Below, piece after piece: positions 12,259 through 24,500 of a stretch of DNA of 64,000 nucleotides; position 1 is the stretch's first letter, and the number at the start of each line of letters is the position of its first letter. The stretch lies in assembly GCA_010405405.1 (NCBI GenBank), contig MU004234.1, forward strand, positions 1,205,275 through 1,269,274, written 5' to 3'. The notes beneath the pieces were generated by a model that saw nothing but the letters and a program-made list of their open reading frames with translations, did not search any database and had not been told where the DNA came from. The position numbers and the translations under genes are program-made. Source of the stretch: Microthyrium microscopicum (taxonomy: Eukaryota).

Positions 12259-12886
12259 ATGTGTCCGTCCCCAAACCCACCATCTCTTGCCCCCAACTTC
12301 CTAACCCTCCACAGTCTTCAGCACAACAGCCCATCTCCACCACCGGACCCTCCTCCCCCCAACAGCCACCCTCGCCGACGCAAACACCGTCTTCGCCAAC
12401 CACGATACACTCCTCCATCTCGACCCCGAAATCGTCTCCTACACATCCATCGACGCACCTCCAACGTCCGCGGCCGAACATACAAATGCGGAAACAAATT
12501 GGTACCAAGTGACAGACCATATGGCAGGTTTGCCGGCCGGTCTGTGGGACACGACGATAAAATATAATATAAGTATTACGCCAATTGAGAACGGGATTAG
12601 ACGGCATGTGAGTGCGACGTTGGGATTGGAGCAGGAGAGTACGTGGGTTGTTGAGGAGGCGAGTGCGGCGGATCTGGAAAGAGAGGTGGCAGTAGATGGA
12701 GAAGGCAAGGGTAAGAGGTTGGTGTTAGTGGAAGATATTTACATTACGGCGTCTCGTGTGCTGATGGGCACTGTTAAGGGGAAGTGCGAATCTGCATACC
12801 CGGGGATACATGCTAAATGGATGCAGCATGTAGTTGAAGCTGGTAAAGAGACTACAAGTGGCAAGACTGAGCAGGTGGTTGTGTAA
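12259..12886 (+). CDS. Conserved fungal hypothetical protein (DUF7053-like); exons 12259-12262 and 12315-12886
   Basis: ATG T|GTCCGT...CTAAC...CAG gives MFFSTTAHLHHRTLLP...NHDTLLHLDP...WYQVTD...LVEDIYITASRVLMGTVK. Confidence 0.72.
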
Positions 12887-13553
12887 ATGACGATAATCAT
12901 AGATTTTTGTTTAGAGTTTAGAACGCACTCGCGTGTGCTTTTAGATGTATGATATGATGATTAGAGACGCTTGTAACGACGAATTGAATTGCAGATTATT
13001 AAGACAGATTCTATTCTCGAATCTAACATGATCATTAACATCAACACATTAAAGCCATATGATAACTCATGGCTTGCTAGCAGACAGCTAGCACTTCTTA
13101 AACCCGTGTTCAACCATCGCGCTTCCCTTCTTTGGGCCTACAGAAACTCCTAAACGCAATGCTCTACATCCATGGGTATGCCGTGATAACTAAAATTAAT
13201 GTGAAAGAAAATCCTTCCACCGTTCTCGCTAGCCTAGTCAATTGAAAAGTAGCCAGATAGGCTGTGATTGTTTTGACTGAAGTCTGAAAATCGATATCGA
13301 TGTATGATGAATGAAAGTGAGTTTAATATACTGAGAGTTGACGTGATGGAAGACAAATGAAGTTGATGTCGAGGCATAGGTAGTCTATTCGGTTCAAAAC
13401 AATGCGAATGATTTTCTGCCGTTGGTCGGCTCGTTGATAAATCGTATGATGATGACATGTCATAGACATAAGTGTGGATTGTTGGAAGGGGTCTCAACCT
13501 CTGACGATATTGTGGGAGCTTGTTGTGTGCATTGACGAGACCAGCGAGCTGTC

Positions 13554-16500
13554 TCAAGCATCGTCCGACTCTTCCTCAGATAATCTGTGATTCTTAATCG
13601 CAGACTTGAAAGAGTTGATCGAACTCTTGCCAGAGAGATTAGACGCCTTGCTCTCACTTTCGTCCGAGACGGAGTAGTATCCAGCATCGCGATCATGGTG
13701 AGGTATACCGAGTCCAGCAGCTAGACTGACCCCAAGTTCGCAGCGTTTAGCAACCTTCTCACGCACATCTTCATCGAGAGCGGCACCGGTGGGTTTGCCG
13801 ATCCAGAAGCGAAGATCCAAGGCAACGCGTTCGACACCGTTGCGACAGTTGTCAATTAGATGTGGCGCGCGGATCAGTGTGTCAAGCAAGTGATAGGAAG
13901 CCGTAAATGACAAGAGTGTGTACTGCTTGTCAAGAGGCATGAAGCGTTCCGTGAAGTATGTTGCATAGTCATTCCATGCTAGTTTCTCGGCGAGTTCAAT
14001 AGTTTTGGCTACCATGAGAGAAACTTTGATATCAGCAGGAAGAGGACCGTCATGCACAAAGTTCATAGCGAATGGCATGGAGGACTTTTCGTCCACTTGG
14101 CTAGGTCGCCTGTCCTGCTCGCGAGGAAGAGATTCGAAAGCTTCCGTAATGTGTTGGTGGCGGTTTTCTTTGATGAGAAGTGCTTTAAGCACCAAGGCCC
14201 GTGATCGAGCCCCTGATGGAGGCGGAGAAGTTTGGTAGATCAAGTCGATATCTTCCTTGAGTGTTGCTTGATTGTCTTCACCTAGTGTTCTCATAGAGTA
14301 GGCCATGATGCAATCACCGATATGGATGGAGAACCAAGCTGCTAGGGCATCTAGTGGGGAAGCAATGTGAACATCTTTGACAACTTGATCCATTGCCTCA
14401 TCCTTGGAGATGTTCTTGCAGCTAGGAAGATTCCAAGCTAGGTTGAAAGCTCTTTCGATGATGGGATCAATGAGCACTTCATCGGACTCCAACTGAAGCA
14501 AAGCAGCAAGATGATCCGGAAGGTCATAGTCTTCGTGCAAAAAGCCTGTATTGCTGTCACGCTTAACGTGGAATGCAGTCCTAGCCGCGTTCCAATACCA
14601 ACGCGCCAGTTTGATGCTCAGCTCTTCCAGCATCAGCCAGGATGGATAGCCAGCATGAGAAGCTGCCCGGAATAAAACACGAATATGCAAAGCCTTGAGC
14701 ATGAGTCGACCTGGTGTACTTGGGAGTGTTCCTGAAGCTAGCAAAGTCAGGATGAGCCGGCTAATACTGATTTCAGCATCGCCGCCAGTAAGCTGCGCAT
14801 CAAGTGCAAGTCCCCAAGCTTTGACACGGGCGATCTCTTGGTCCTGTGAAAATCCAGTCAGAAAAGCATATCGATTCCAGCCGACCAATTTGCGAGCACT
14901 AAGTTTCAGAGTCTTGAGTGCAAGTGCAGCAACTTCTAGCAGAAAATTATGGCGCGGTACCCATACTGTTTGAATTGCTGTAAGCCAAGCCTTTTGTCGT
15001 ATGTCAATCGAACTCGCCAAAGAGTAGTCAGTTTTGACGAGATTGGCTGGTTTCTTTTGATCCTTAGGTCTGCTGCTGAAAAATGGTGCTGCAAGATAGA
15101 GAATCGCAGCAAGGAGCATTGCACCTCGAAAGACCCCAAACATATGATGCATTGAAGTATTTCCACTTGTGAAGAGACGACCCAATAACGAGAAAGGGAT
15201 AGAGAAGAGGCCACGGTCGTCAACATCATCTCCAGAGTCTCGTTCCCATACGGCATCCAGAAGCATGAAAGCAGTTAGACTACCGAGCATAATTCGACCA
15301 TATTGACTACCAGCAGGTCCAGTCGGTCGAGTTCGACGAGCTGGAGCTCCTTGTCTGTTTGGTTCATTGGCATAAGCTGGAGTATGGTATGAAGGATGGG
15401 GTTGGCTGTATGATGCATGTCCTAATTGTGGACGATGTAGATTCGCCATGTCTTCGGGGATTGGGATCATGCCCTCTGGAGCTTGAACAGCAGTCGGACT
15501 GTTGCCATTCCTCGGGAACATTGCTTCGGGGAATCTCCTCATTGGGCCGGGCCCAGGACCAGGAGAAGGTACAGGTGGCTGATATGCAAAGCCTCCAAGC
15601 TTCATCATACGCTCAAAGCTTTCCACGCGCACTTTCAGGTCTGCAATCTCCTGATCTTGTCGGAGCTTGTGCTTTTCCAGATGGCGGATATATTCTGTGG
15701 CCTTTGAGAGGATGGTTGCCTTGTTTAGCTTGTGGGCTGGAGCTAAACCATCCAAATCTTCTTGTCCTTCTTCTGCCACCTCACTGGTATTCCGTGCCAT
15801 AGCCCTCAACGAAGGTACTGCATCTCTTAACACTGAAATCTTATCATTGATATTGTTTCGATATCTCTTTTCAATCATGTTGTGTGCCGTCTTCTTGGTG
15901 CCTGGCTTGCTCTTGTCACTGCCTTCTGGTGAATCGTCCTCTGACATGCTTTTCCTTTTTTTCGCAGCTGCTGAACTTGACTTTGGTGGTGTCTTGTAAC
16001 TAGGGGGAGAAATCGGCGAGGTAGTGTTTGGAGAATTGATGGAAGGAGGAGAAATCTCTGTAGAAGTTACAGCACCGAACATCGCTGCGCCGGAATGAGG
16101 TGATATTGGAGGACTTGTTGAAGAATTCATTGCAGGAGTACCGTTCAGCGCCGTGACATCTATCGAATCATGTCTCGAATACTCTGAATAGGGGGAAATG
16201 GGTCCAGCCAAGAATTGAAACGGTGGATTCATTCCCGCCGGCGCAAATGCCATGCCCATATTAGAGACAGCGTTAGGATGTATTGTATGAGGCGGTACTG
16301 CGGGGCCATTGTATGATTGCTGTGTAACGTGAGTCGATGGGGCGAGGAAGAAAGACGTCGGTCCGGTACTGGACAATGGACCACTGACGAGGGCAGCAAG
16401 CTCTTCGGGAGTATCATGCTGTCCTGGCATGGTCAAATAGTCGGACCACACTCTCGTAGGAGGTCCACCAGTTGGCAAGGACATTGGGGGATGGTCATCC

Positions 16501-16574
16501 TCAGCAGATGACATCCAGGTGGAGGCAGCGTCCTCGTTGAACGCGTATTCTCCGCCCGACAACATCTTCAACAT
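13554..16574 (-). CDS. srbA: Sterol regulatory element-binding protein (SrbA/Sre1 type), membrane-tethered bHLH-ZIP
   Basis: KKTAHNMIEKRYR with the SREBP-diagnostic Tyr; KLNKATILSKATEYIRHL; two hydrophobic segments; C-terminal KAWLTAIQTVWVPRH block. Start could be 16565. Confidence 0.93.
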   Translation of the reverse strand: MLKMLSGGEYAFNEDAASTWMSSAEDDHPPMSLPTGGPPTRVWSDYLTMPGQHDTPEELAALVSGPLSSTGPTSFFLAPSTHVTQQSYNGPAVPPHTIHPNAVSNMGMAFAPAGMNPPFQFLAGPISPYSEYSRHDSIDVTALNGTPAMNSSTSPPISPHSGAAMFGAVTSTEISPPSINSPNTTSPISPPSYKTPPKSSSAAAKKRKSMSEDDSPEGSDKSKPGTKKTAHNMIEKRYRNNINDKISVLRDAVPSLRAMARNTSEVAEEGQEDLDGLAPAHKLNKATILSKATEYIRHLEKHKLRQDQEIADLKVRVESFERMMKLGGFAYQPPVPSPGPGPGPMRRFPEAMFPRNGNSPTAVQAPEGMIPIPEDMANLHRPQLGHASYSQPHPSYHTPAYANEPNRQGAPARRTRPTGPAGSQYGRIMLGSLTAFMLLDAVWERDSGDDVDDRGLFSIPFSLLGRLFTSGNTSMHHMFGVFRGAMLLAAILYLAAPFFSSRPKDQKKPANLVKTDYSLASSIDIRQKAWLTAIQTVWVPRHNFLLEVAALALKTLKLSARKLVGWNRYAFLTGFSQDQEIARVKAWGLALDAQLTGGDAEISISRLILTLLASGTLPSTPGRLMLKALHIRVLFRAASHAGYPSWLMLEELSIKLARWYWNAARTAFHVKRDSNTGFLHEDYDLPDHLAALLQLESDEVLIDPIIERAFNLAWNLPSCKNISKDEAMDQVVKDVHIASPLDALAAWFSIHIGDCIMAYSMRTLGEDNQATLKEDIDLIYQTSPPPSGARSRALVLKALLIKENRHQHITEAFESLPREQDRRPSQVDEKSSMPFAMNFVHDGPLPADIKVSLMVAKTIELAEKLAWNDYATYFTERFMPLDKQYTLLSFTASYHLLDTLIRAPHLIDNCRNGVERVALDLRFWIGKPTGAALDEDVREKVAKRCELGVSLAAGLGIPHHDRDAGYYSVSDESESKASNLSGKSSINSFKSAIKNHRLSEEESDDA

Positions 16575-19500
16575 TCGATAAGTTCAGGTCATTCGAGAAT
16601 GTAATCACAGGGAAAAGTTTATCCACGCGCCCTGATTCGATGCTCCAAACTCTGCGAGGACGTATTCCTACAAAAACAGTGATTAGCCAAGGTAATTGAC
16701 ATTGAATGAGTCCCCCAGTAAGAACGTCGCGCCCACAGACTCGGAAAGAAACATGATAGTCCACAGCATCGCCGAATCCGGAGTATCAAACCCCGAGATT
16801 GGCTCAAGTGATCCAACACTGAAAGCTGCGGCAGAAAAGCCATAACTTGGGCATTGTGCAAGCAGAGGATAGTGGACTCAATAACACCACATGGGCAGGA
16901 CCGGACTGGGAAACTCAAACGTCTCAGGAATAGGAGTATTTACCAGGAAGTATTCGAAGGACACAATAAATCAGGGAGGCGACGAAGAATCGAATGTTGG
17001 TCGGGATTGTAAGTGCAGTGACGGACAGGCGAAGGGTGGCTCGGATTGCGTGCCAACCGGGTGGGCAGGCTGACAACCGGGCCAGACTATGGGAGATTGT
17101 AAGGAGATCAGGATGTCTCGTACAAGAAATCCGACCAAGAATGGTATGATGAATTGAGTTTGAACAACGCAGAGTGTCGTGGAGGGCGCGAAAGTAAGAG
17201 TTGGGATGTGGTTGGCGAACGGGCAAAACCCAAGTCGCTGGTTTGGGGAAGTCGAGGTTGGCATCGCGTGAGGCAGGGGCCTTTTGCTGCCAAGTGAGCT
17301 TCCCATTTAGTTACGACCACAATTCGAAAAGGCTCTCTGTAGAAAATACCTTACAACTCTATCATATGTGAGATTGAATGCTTCAATTTATGTGAGCATC
17401 TGGCCCATATGCGTAGGGTCTTCTTCTTCACATTTCAGAAAGTATGAGGATTGTATGAGGCAGTGATACAAGTAAGACTTGAGAAGGTCATCTCTATTTT
17501 GGCTCGCAACTAAATCGACAAGAGACAAGAGCCAGGCACAGCAACAAAAAATCTCGGCAGTCAGGCAACGGGCGGAGTTACTTCCGTTAATTCCTACCCA
17601 GCCAACCAGCCAGGCAGGCTGGATTATCATGGCCTGATTCGGTGATATCTACAAACCAACTCCTGTCCTAGAAAACCTCAAGCTGTTTTCATTTACAACT
17701 GCGAATACTAAGATGCAATTTTTACAGTATAAAAGGATGTCCTTCAAGAACGGGTACCGGGGATCACTCAGTGCTACTTGACCCGAAGTCTTCGTGCATC
17801 GCATTCGCAGCTATTGTCATTCTTTTCATTTGTATATACCTGAGATTCCCAAGCTGCACTCATTATTATACTCGGTTGAGGTCCACTACAAGGTACCGCT
17901 TCAAAGCTCGTATGAACTCCTAGTCCTTCGATCTTTGAACTTTGTTGCTGGGCATGATAAGAAAGAGAAATCTTGAGAACTCTCTTCGTCTTGAGCCATA
18001 ACAATTACCTAGTCTATTAAGAGCCCAATTCCAAAACCGCCTAGAATTATTAGGAGATACTTCAAAATATTGTTCACTCTTGTCTATTACTAGTCTAACA
18101 TCATGTCTTATTCCATCCTCCAGGCCGAACAACTGCCAACCCACGAGCTGAAGCACTTTGCAGACTTCAAGAAGCAGCACGCTCCAAGTCCCACCCTCAC
18201 GCTCACATCCGCAGACGGGATTCTTTCTTTCCATAACGCATAGATTGCAGACTTTGTCATGGTCTTGGAAAGCTCCAGACTTCTCAGAGAACTGTTACAC
18301 AGCAGCTTCGTCTCAGCCAAAGTCCCACGAACCCCTTGGAATTGCACCACGCACCTCAGACGCTCATATCCTAGTTGCCACGAGCGGGACAAAAGCATTC
18401 TGGAAATACATTAGGTAGGCAGGAAGAGTAGTCGAAGAGCTGATACCACTGTACCAGAAGAGGAACCAAAACGTGGCCAGCCATCTGATATCATGCATCA
18501 GCCCAGTCTCTGCGAGGAGGTTTTACCAAGGCTCCATTCGCCCAATAGTAACGTTTCTACGACCACCCAAGGAATGTGGGAACAATTGCAACCGTTGAGG
18601 TTGCTTTGTCAAATTAGATATCAACCAACTTTTCCTGCAGTGGTTATCTGTTTTCGAAAGTTGACAGGCAGTGAATTATGAAGACGTTGAAGTATTCTGC
18701 CGATCAACCGTCGAACAATCCCCAAAAAACCAAGAATCCCGACAACTTGAACAACTAATCCAATCATAGCCGCTACCATCGCCGATACACCAAGATCCCG
18801 CCGATAAGACCGATGATCTCGTGAGCCATGTTTTTTCATAATCACCGCGCATACCACTACTGACAACCTGCATAACGTCCGACCATGATGAACCAACCAC
18901 ATTCCACACGACATGGAAGAAGCGGTTCGCTTGTTGTCAATCACTGCTCACAAAGCAAAGGCTGCATCCAAGGCGTCGTGATATATCGGCTAAAGTATTC
19001 AAGAATCTTCCTTGGAAACGTGCACGATTTCTAGACAGGAACTCTATCTTACATGTGGTCTCTATATATGATAGCGCAGACCAGTAGAAGACTTCAGAAT
19101 CCATATCGAACTAGGAGAGTGGCAAACATTCTTAAGCGAAGACTCTGAAGTCTATTTCTGACTTTGCCAATGCAACCATAATCAGCGAAATCTGACCTAA
19201 AAACGAGATTTGCCGCGCAACGCTTGAGATTCACATCATCTCGGACAACCTCTCTTATAGGCAAAGTGGGTAATCATTCGCTACACTACTTCGCCTTCAT
19301 CAGCCCAAAAATCAATAAATCATACGAAAAGGGGCAGCACAAACCCGCAGTCAACTGTCGACTGTCGAGTCAAAAACCACGCAGATCTGCAGCCCCAGCT
19401 TTGTAGCAAGTGCCCCCCAGAAGCCCAGTTTTCAGGGTAAGTCAGCCTTTTATTCTTTCTGGCGCCGGCGGCCAAACCAGCCCCAATATTTAATGGCTTG

Positions 19501-21080
19501 TCATTCGCTAGTGGCAACCACACCACATGGCTTTTCCAAGATCTCGTCACATTTGACGCTAGGGAGGACAAATCGGTGGTATTTTCGCGTGGTCGACACA
19601 TTAGTGCTGGCATTGTATCCACTTTTTATTTCGTCCTCAACCGTGCCGTGTTAGGCGCGTCAAGCCAAAAAAGCAACATATGCTGCCCCCCTAAGAAGCT
19701 TCGGCGAACGATCAGAATTGGGCAACATCGGCACGATGATCATGGTTATGGGTTCAGTAAAGGTTGACTTGTGCCTTGGATTATTTGGTGGGATGATAAT
19801 GTTTTTGGTTGTTGAGATTCAGGGCGCGGCGCATTCTGCAAGTACGCATTATACGCGTGCCGATCACAGAAGACAATGTAATCAGTCGCACTGACAAACC
19901 CATCCTCATGTTATTCCCATCATCATTTGGAGATGTGATTAATGCTGGTGTAGCATTGAAACTCAATAGCCTCAAACTGATTGAATTCCAATCCATCATG
20001 TATATCGCATCGGTTCTTCCAGATTGCGTAACTGACATAGATCGATATCTACCAACCCCAGATATTGATCCGGCGGGATATTTTCCAGGGCTAGGCTGCT
20101 AGTCATGGACAGCGATTATTCTTGAACTGCTCGGACTCTAGTCCGGACAAGCATAAGGGGGGCTATGTAGATCGACGGTAGGAAAACAGATTGAATTACC
20201 AGATTTATGCACCTGCGTATTGAGTGTCAAGGTATCTTGGGAAGAAGCGAAAGCGAGGTACAGCTACAAGCATACGACAAATCTTTCTATGCATGCTGTG
20301 TTGGTGGCTGCTTAGAATGCATGCAATTGGTTCATGGGTTAGGATCATTATTTCAATTGATACCTCATACACCATTGTTGTGTACAGGTACGTGAATATC
20401 TAGTCTTCAACAATAAGGCATCAGATTTGAGAGCCAACACTCTACAATCCCTCCATTTTCTGCATTCACTTCTGTAAATACTAAAGAGCCAGACTTGTCG
20501 TATTCTATTCAACATCACCAGCATCCATGAATCTCCCATGGCGCAATATGCCACTCCCAACTCCTTCTATAACCCCGAAAGCCGAAATCAAGATCTCAAA
20601 TCCACCTAATGTTCCGTGCATGTTCAATGTAAGTAGCTACGGTGTAACGACAAGAACGACAGGTTCAGTGAACAATGCGCACGTAACACCTCATTCATTG
20701 TGATTTCCGGACGAGTGGAAGTATAATATTAGGGGGGATCGGGGCGATATTATATCGATCTCAGTAGAGCAGTGCCAAACAGCTCGGGCCCTGGAAATAG
20801 ACATGTAATTCTGTGCGCTTATAGGTTTCCAACGCCCAGGTTTTGCTGGCACAGACCTCGTTGTGTGGTTTTTATATGGACTGGAATCCGGCGAGTAGCC
20901 CTAAGATGAACCATTGTAGCGTAAAGAATATGTAGAAAGTGATATTCTTGGGCTTTAGTTGGGTGTAGATGGAGGTTTGAATTGGTTTTATGTTTGCTAT
21001 CAGGTAGAAAATCCGCAGTGACATGGTTCTATGTGAGGATTTGGAGCGCGCGTAGAAGAGAATCAGAGGTGGAAGCGATA

Positions 21081-21540
21081 GATCCCAAACAACAAGTTCA
21101 TCCGACAGTTAGATCCGGTATGATGCAATGATCCCAGGAACCCATTTAGCAATCCAGATCGTAGTCCGGAGTCCGGACAAGATTGCGGCTTAGATCGTCG
21201 AGGGCTAACCTACAGGCCTAACCGTGAGAGAGTTTTGTATCAATATCAGCAACCATTTTCAATTGGTTATTGGCTCCCTGGAAGACCAATGGTTCATGTG
21301 GAAAAATTCCCTACCAAGATCTGCCCCAAGCTTCCGGCCGATGATAATGAGATGGTGTAGATTAAGTTTGGAATGGTAACGATCAGATCAAAAGGCTAGC
21401 CTTGTGCTTATGTGAACTGGGTTAAGCATGTCTTAGGTATTCGGAGCCTGGGTTCCGGTAGATACTTTATATTAACTTGCCATATTTTTCCATCGTGAAT
21501 TTTGGTTGATCGTGTGAGCCCTGAACATTGGTTAGATCAA
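21081..21540. promoter_or_regulatory. Putative cis-regulatory cluster of GATC/AGATC(T) sites
   Basis: 10 GATC in 460 bp (about 2 expected at uniform composition), 7 of them AGATC; non-coding, between divergent srbA and nsdD. Confidence 0.4.
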
Positions 21541-24500
21541 TCTTATAGCATCATGAGAGGGTTTTCGGCATATTGTTCGGCGGAGTGGAGAGTTATCGAA
21601 AGAGCACATTTTTCTTGGGCAATGGGGACAATGAGAATTTAGTATAGTCAAGATTGTTGAAGATTGTGTCTGCTAGTATGGTGGACTCGATCGTCGTAGA
21701 ATCTGGAGCTCAAGATAAACATTTGTGTTCTTTGGTACCTCAGTGGCTATATTTGAATTGGCGACTACGATACTGACCATACATATGCTAATTTAAATGA
21801 TTCCCCAACATACACCTTTAGTTGTCCAAGACATATTTTGGACTTAAATAATATTAGAATACTTAGACAGTCTTACATTTACAAATTCAAAGGACTCATA
21901 GATACAGGTGAGATAGGGACGATATCAAAAAAAGATTACGGAGAACCTATTACTATAGCATGTTTACCAAATGTACTTTGATATAGATCAGATTCCATCG
22001 CTCCGGATTTGCCGATCTCGATCGACCTGCAGATGAGATATTGAATCTAAGATTGAAAATAACACATCAATACTTAGGACGATCCATGGAATGCTTACTT
22101 CAAGGCTCGAGATCTGGTATGCCGTGAAACAGAGCTACATTGCCGACCTGAACATCCAACATGTCCATGATAGAGCGATGTATATTAATTCTAAACTAAA
22201 ACAAACCCAGCTGATTGGCCTGAAGGATGTAAGGCAGGCGATAATAATAAAGATGTCGTGAAAACGGCCTCAACTGCAGTCAGCTCTGCTCAGCCAGCCT
22301 CTAACCACCGGTAACTCGATTAACCTTGCATCTCATGTATTGCGATCTCTTAACGGGTTTTGCATCACAGATCGGTTCGTAAGTGGTCCGATCGAGACGC
22401 ATCTGCGGAAGGCAGAATCTGCAGGGTGGACATGTTTCTGGCTCTTCTCCGTACCACTGGCTCCTTTGGCATGTCCGGCTTACACTTGGCGATATTAGCA
22501 GCTGCATGCACCTGGCCTCTTTCGTGGAATTCGAGGCAGATGACTGTTGTTAACTTCAGTGCTAGAGTGGGAATAGTGAAGTTGGACATGCAGCTGAAAA
22601 GCGAAACATCCAACCAGACTCATACCGCTTGATAAATTTAGTGGTTACTGTTACTTGGCAGGGCGCAAAAATGGCCGTCTTTTGTGATGTGATTGTGTTA
22701 GACATGCAGCTACGGAGATGCAGCGTTGAGCATTATTTGGGAACTAGTGGCTAAGGTACCTACGGAATAATTGTAGCACGAGAATGGTAGCACGAGGATC
22801 GTAGGTACCACAATATAGTTCGATGCGAAATTTCCGATGACCTCTTATTTGCGCTCCATGGAAATTGTGTTACAATGGCTGTGGCATGGTCGCTCTTGAG
22901 AAAAGATACATTCCCAATGGAATGACCCCTTTTATTGTGCTGGGCTGATGTTGCGATCATGGCTCAAATGATTTGTTTTGACAAAGTTGAAATAATGGTC
23001 AACGTGCCGTTGTTTTGTTTCATGTTCAACTGCATGGCTTGAACAAGTGAAGAATGGTCTGACAACATGGCTTGATGAGGTTGGTTTCTAGCACAGGCGC
23101 TTGGATGAAGATCTCATTTACGGTTTCGTTGCGGCCCTTTTTATTGTTCAAGCGCCTACGGTACGATGAGACTTGGTAATTGTCACACTGACACTAAATC
23201 TCGGATGAGCCGTGACCTTCCCAATCGACATCTGGACTGGATTTCAAGGCGGCGCCATCAATAATATTGTTTCCTTACCCGAGCCCGTAACAGGCACAGA
23301 CTGCATCGCTTGTGCCTCGTCTGAACCTTGAAGAAGCAACGTGAGACATCAGACCACTCACCTAGACGAGATCTCTTCGCCCTGGAGCAGATCCACAGCC
23401 GCTAGTTAAAAATGCCGCAAGGAATCACCTCGCTCTTCGGGCTGAAAACAACGAACGAACAGTTTAGGGTGAATCCTTCCACAAGGTTAGACCGTATCAG
23501 TAACGCATGATCATTCAATTGTCTGCTTTTCAACACGAGCAAGAAAAGGAGTGGTATTGGACTCAGCCGTGATCGACATCGGTCGGCGCGATGCGCTGAA
23601 ACAGGATCCATGTCAAAGCCGCAGCTGTCAGATTGGCAACGCAATCAAGATCGCGATTCTGGGTGGCACGGATGAACTGATCGACCTAACGAGAATGCGG
23701 CTAGATTTGGGTGGATCAGATTGCTGGCAACGGTTGACTGGTTGGCTGTTGTAGATATTATTGGTGCAAACCTCGTAAGGCCACCCGCTGTCCTTTCTCG
23801 TCAGATATCCGTTCTAAAACAGTTGGAAAGAGTTGCCGAATATTTCTGGGAAAATGGCATTTGAGCATTTACGTTCGACCTTCTACTCATCTTAAAGAGG
23901 TGTGCAGCGATTGCTTTGCCGTTTTGGGCCGTCCATATCTGAGTGATATGATGAAATATTGAAGCTGGCAATATTTTTGGCCATGTTACCGGGCTTATTG
24001 GTGATGATCCGATTCAGTGGATGACACGCTAGTTCAAGAATGACAGATGCTTACACCAATCAAATGTATCTCTACAACTAACTTAGTTATTGTGGGATCA
24101 AATTTCTGTCAGATATGCATTCTCACTACTTGGAGACTTGGAGTCGATACGATGAATTTCTGCATGGTCAGCACCCTGACTTTAAGAGCTAATAACTACG
24201 ACCAAGCAAGAGGGTTGCATTATTAGGTGAAAGTATGTCAAATATCGATTCTCCCTGCACGTAAATGTTTTGACCGAGCAGAGCGCAGACATCACAACTT
24301 CTTTGATTCTGACAAGTGCTGAACGAAACCGAAGCCTCGTAAATCCCTGGAGCGGCTGCTTTTTTGGCTGGCGCTTACTCGCTTGATGAGAAATTTATCG
24401 TGATGTGTCCCCAAGGTTCGTCACGAGTCGACCAAATGGGATCTGCGATGGCTTGAAAAGGGACGCTGGGGCCCTTATCTCGCCTCCGTTGCAAGTTCGA

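Noticed and set aside
16600..17700. SREBP autoregulatory SRE sites
   Set aside because: Only loose matches to a degenerate consensus; not supportable by eye.
21780..21990. AT/TpA-rich patch (also ~26650-26800) as a RIP-mutated transposon
   Set aside because: Short, with no terminal repeats, target duplications or transposase remnants.
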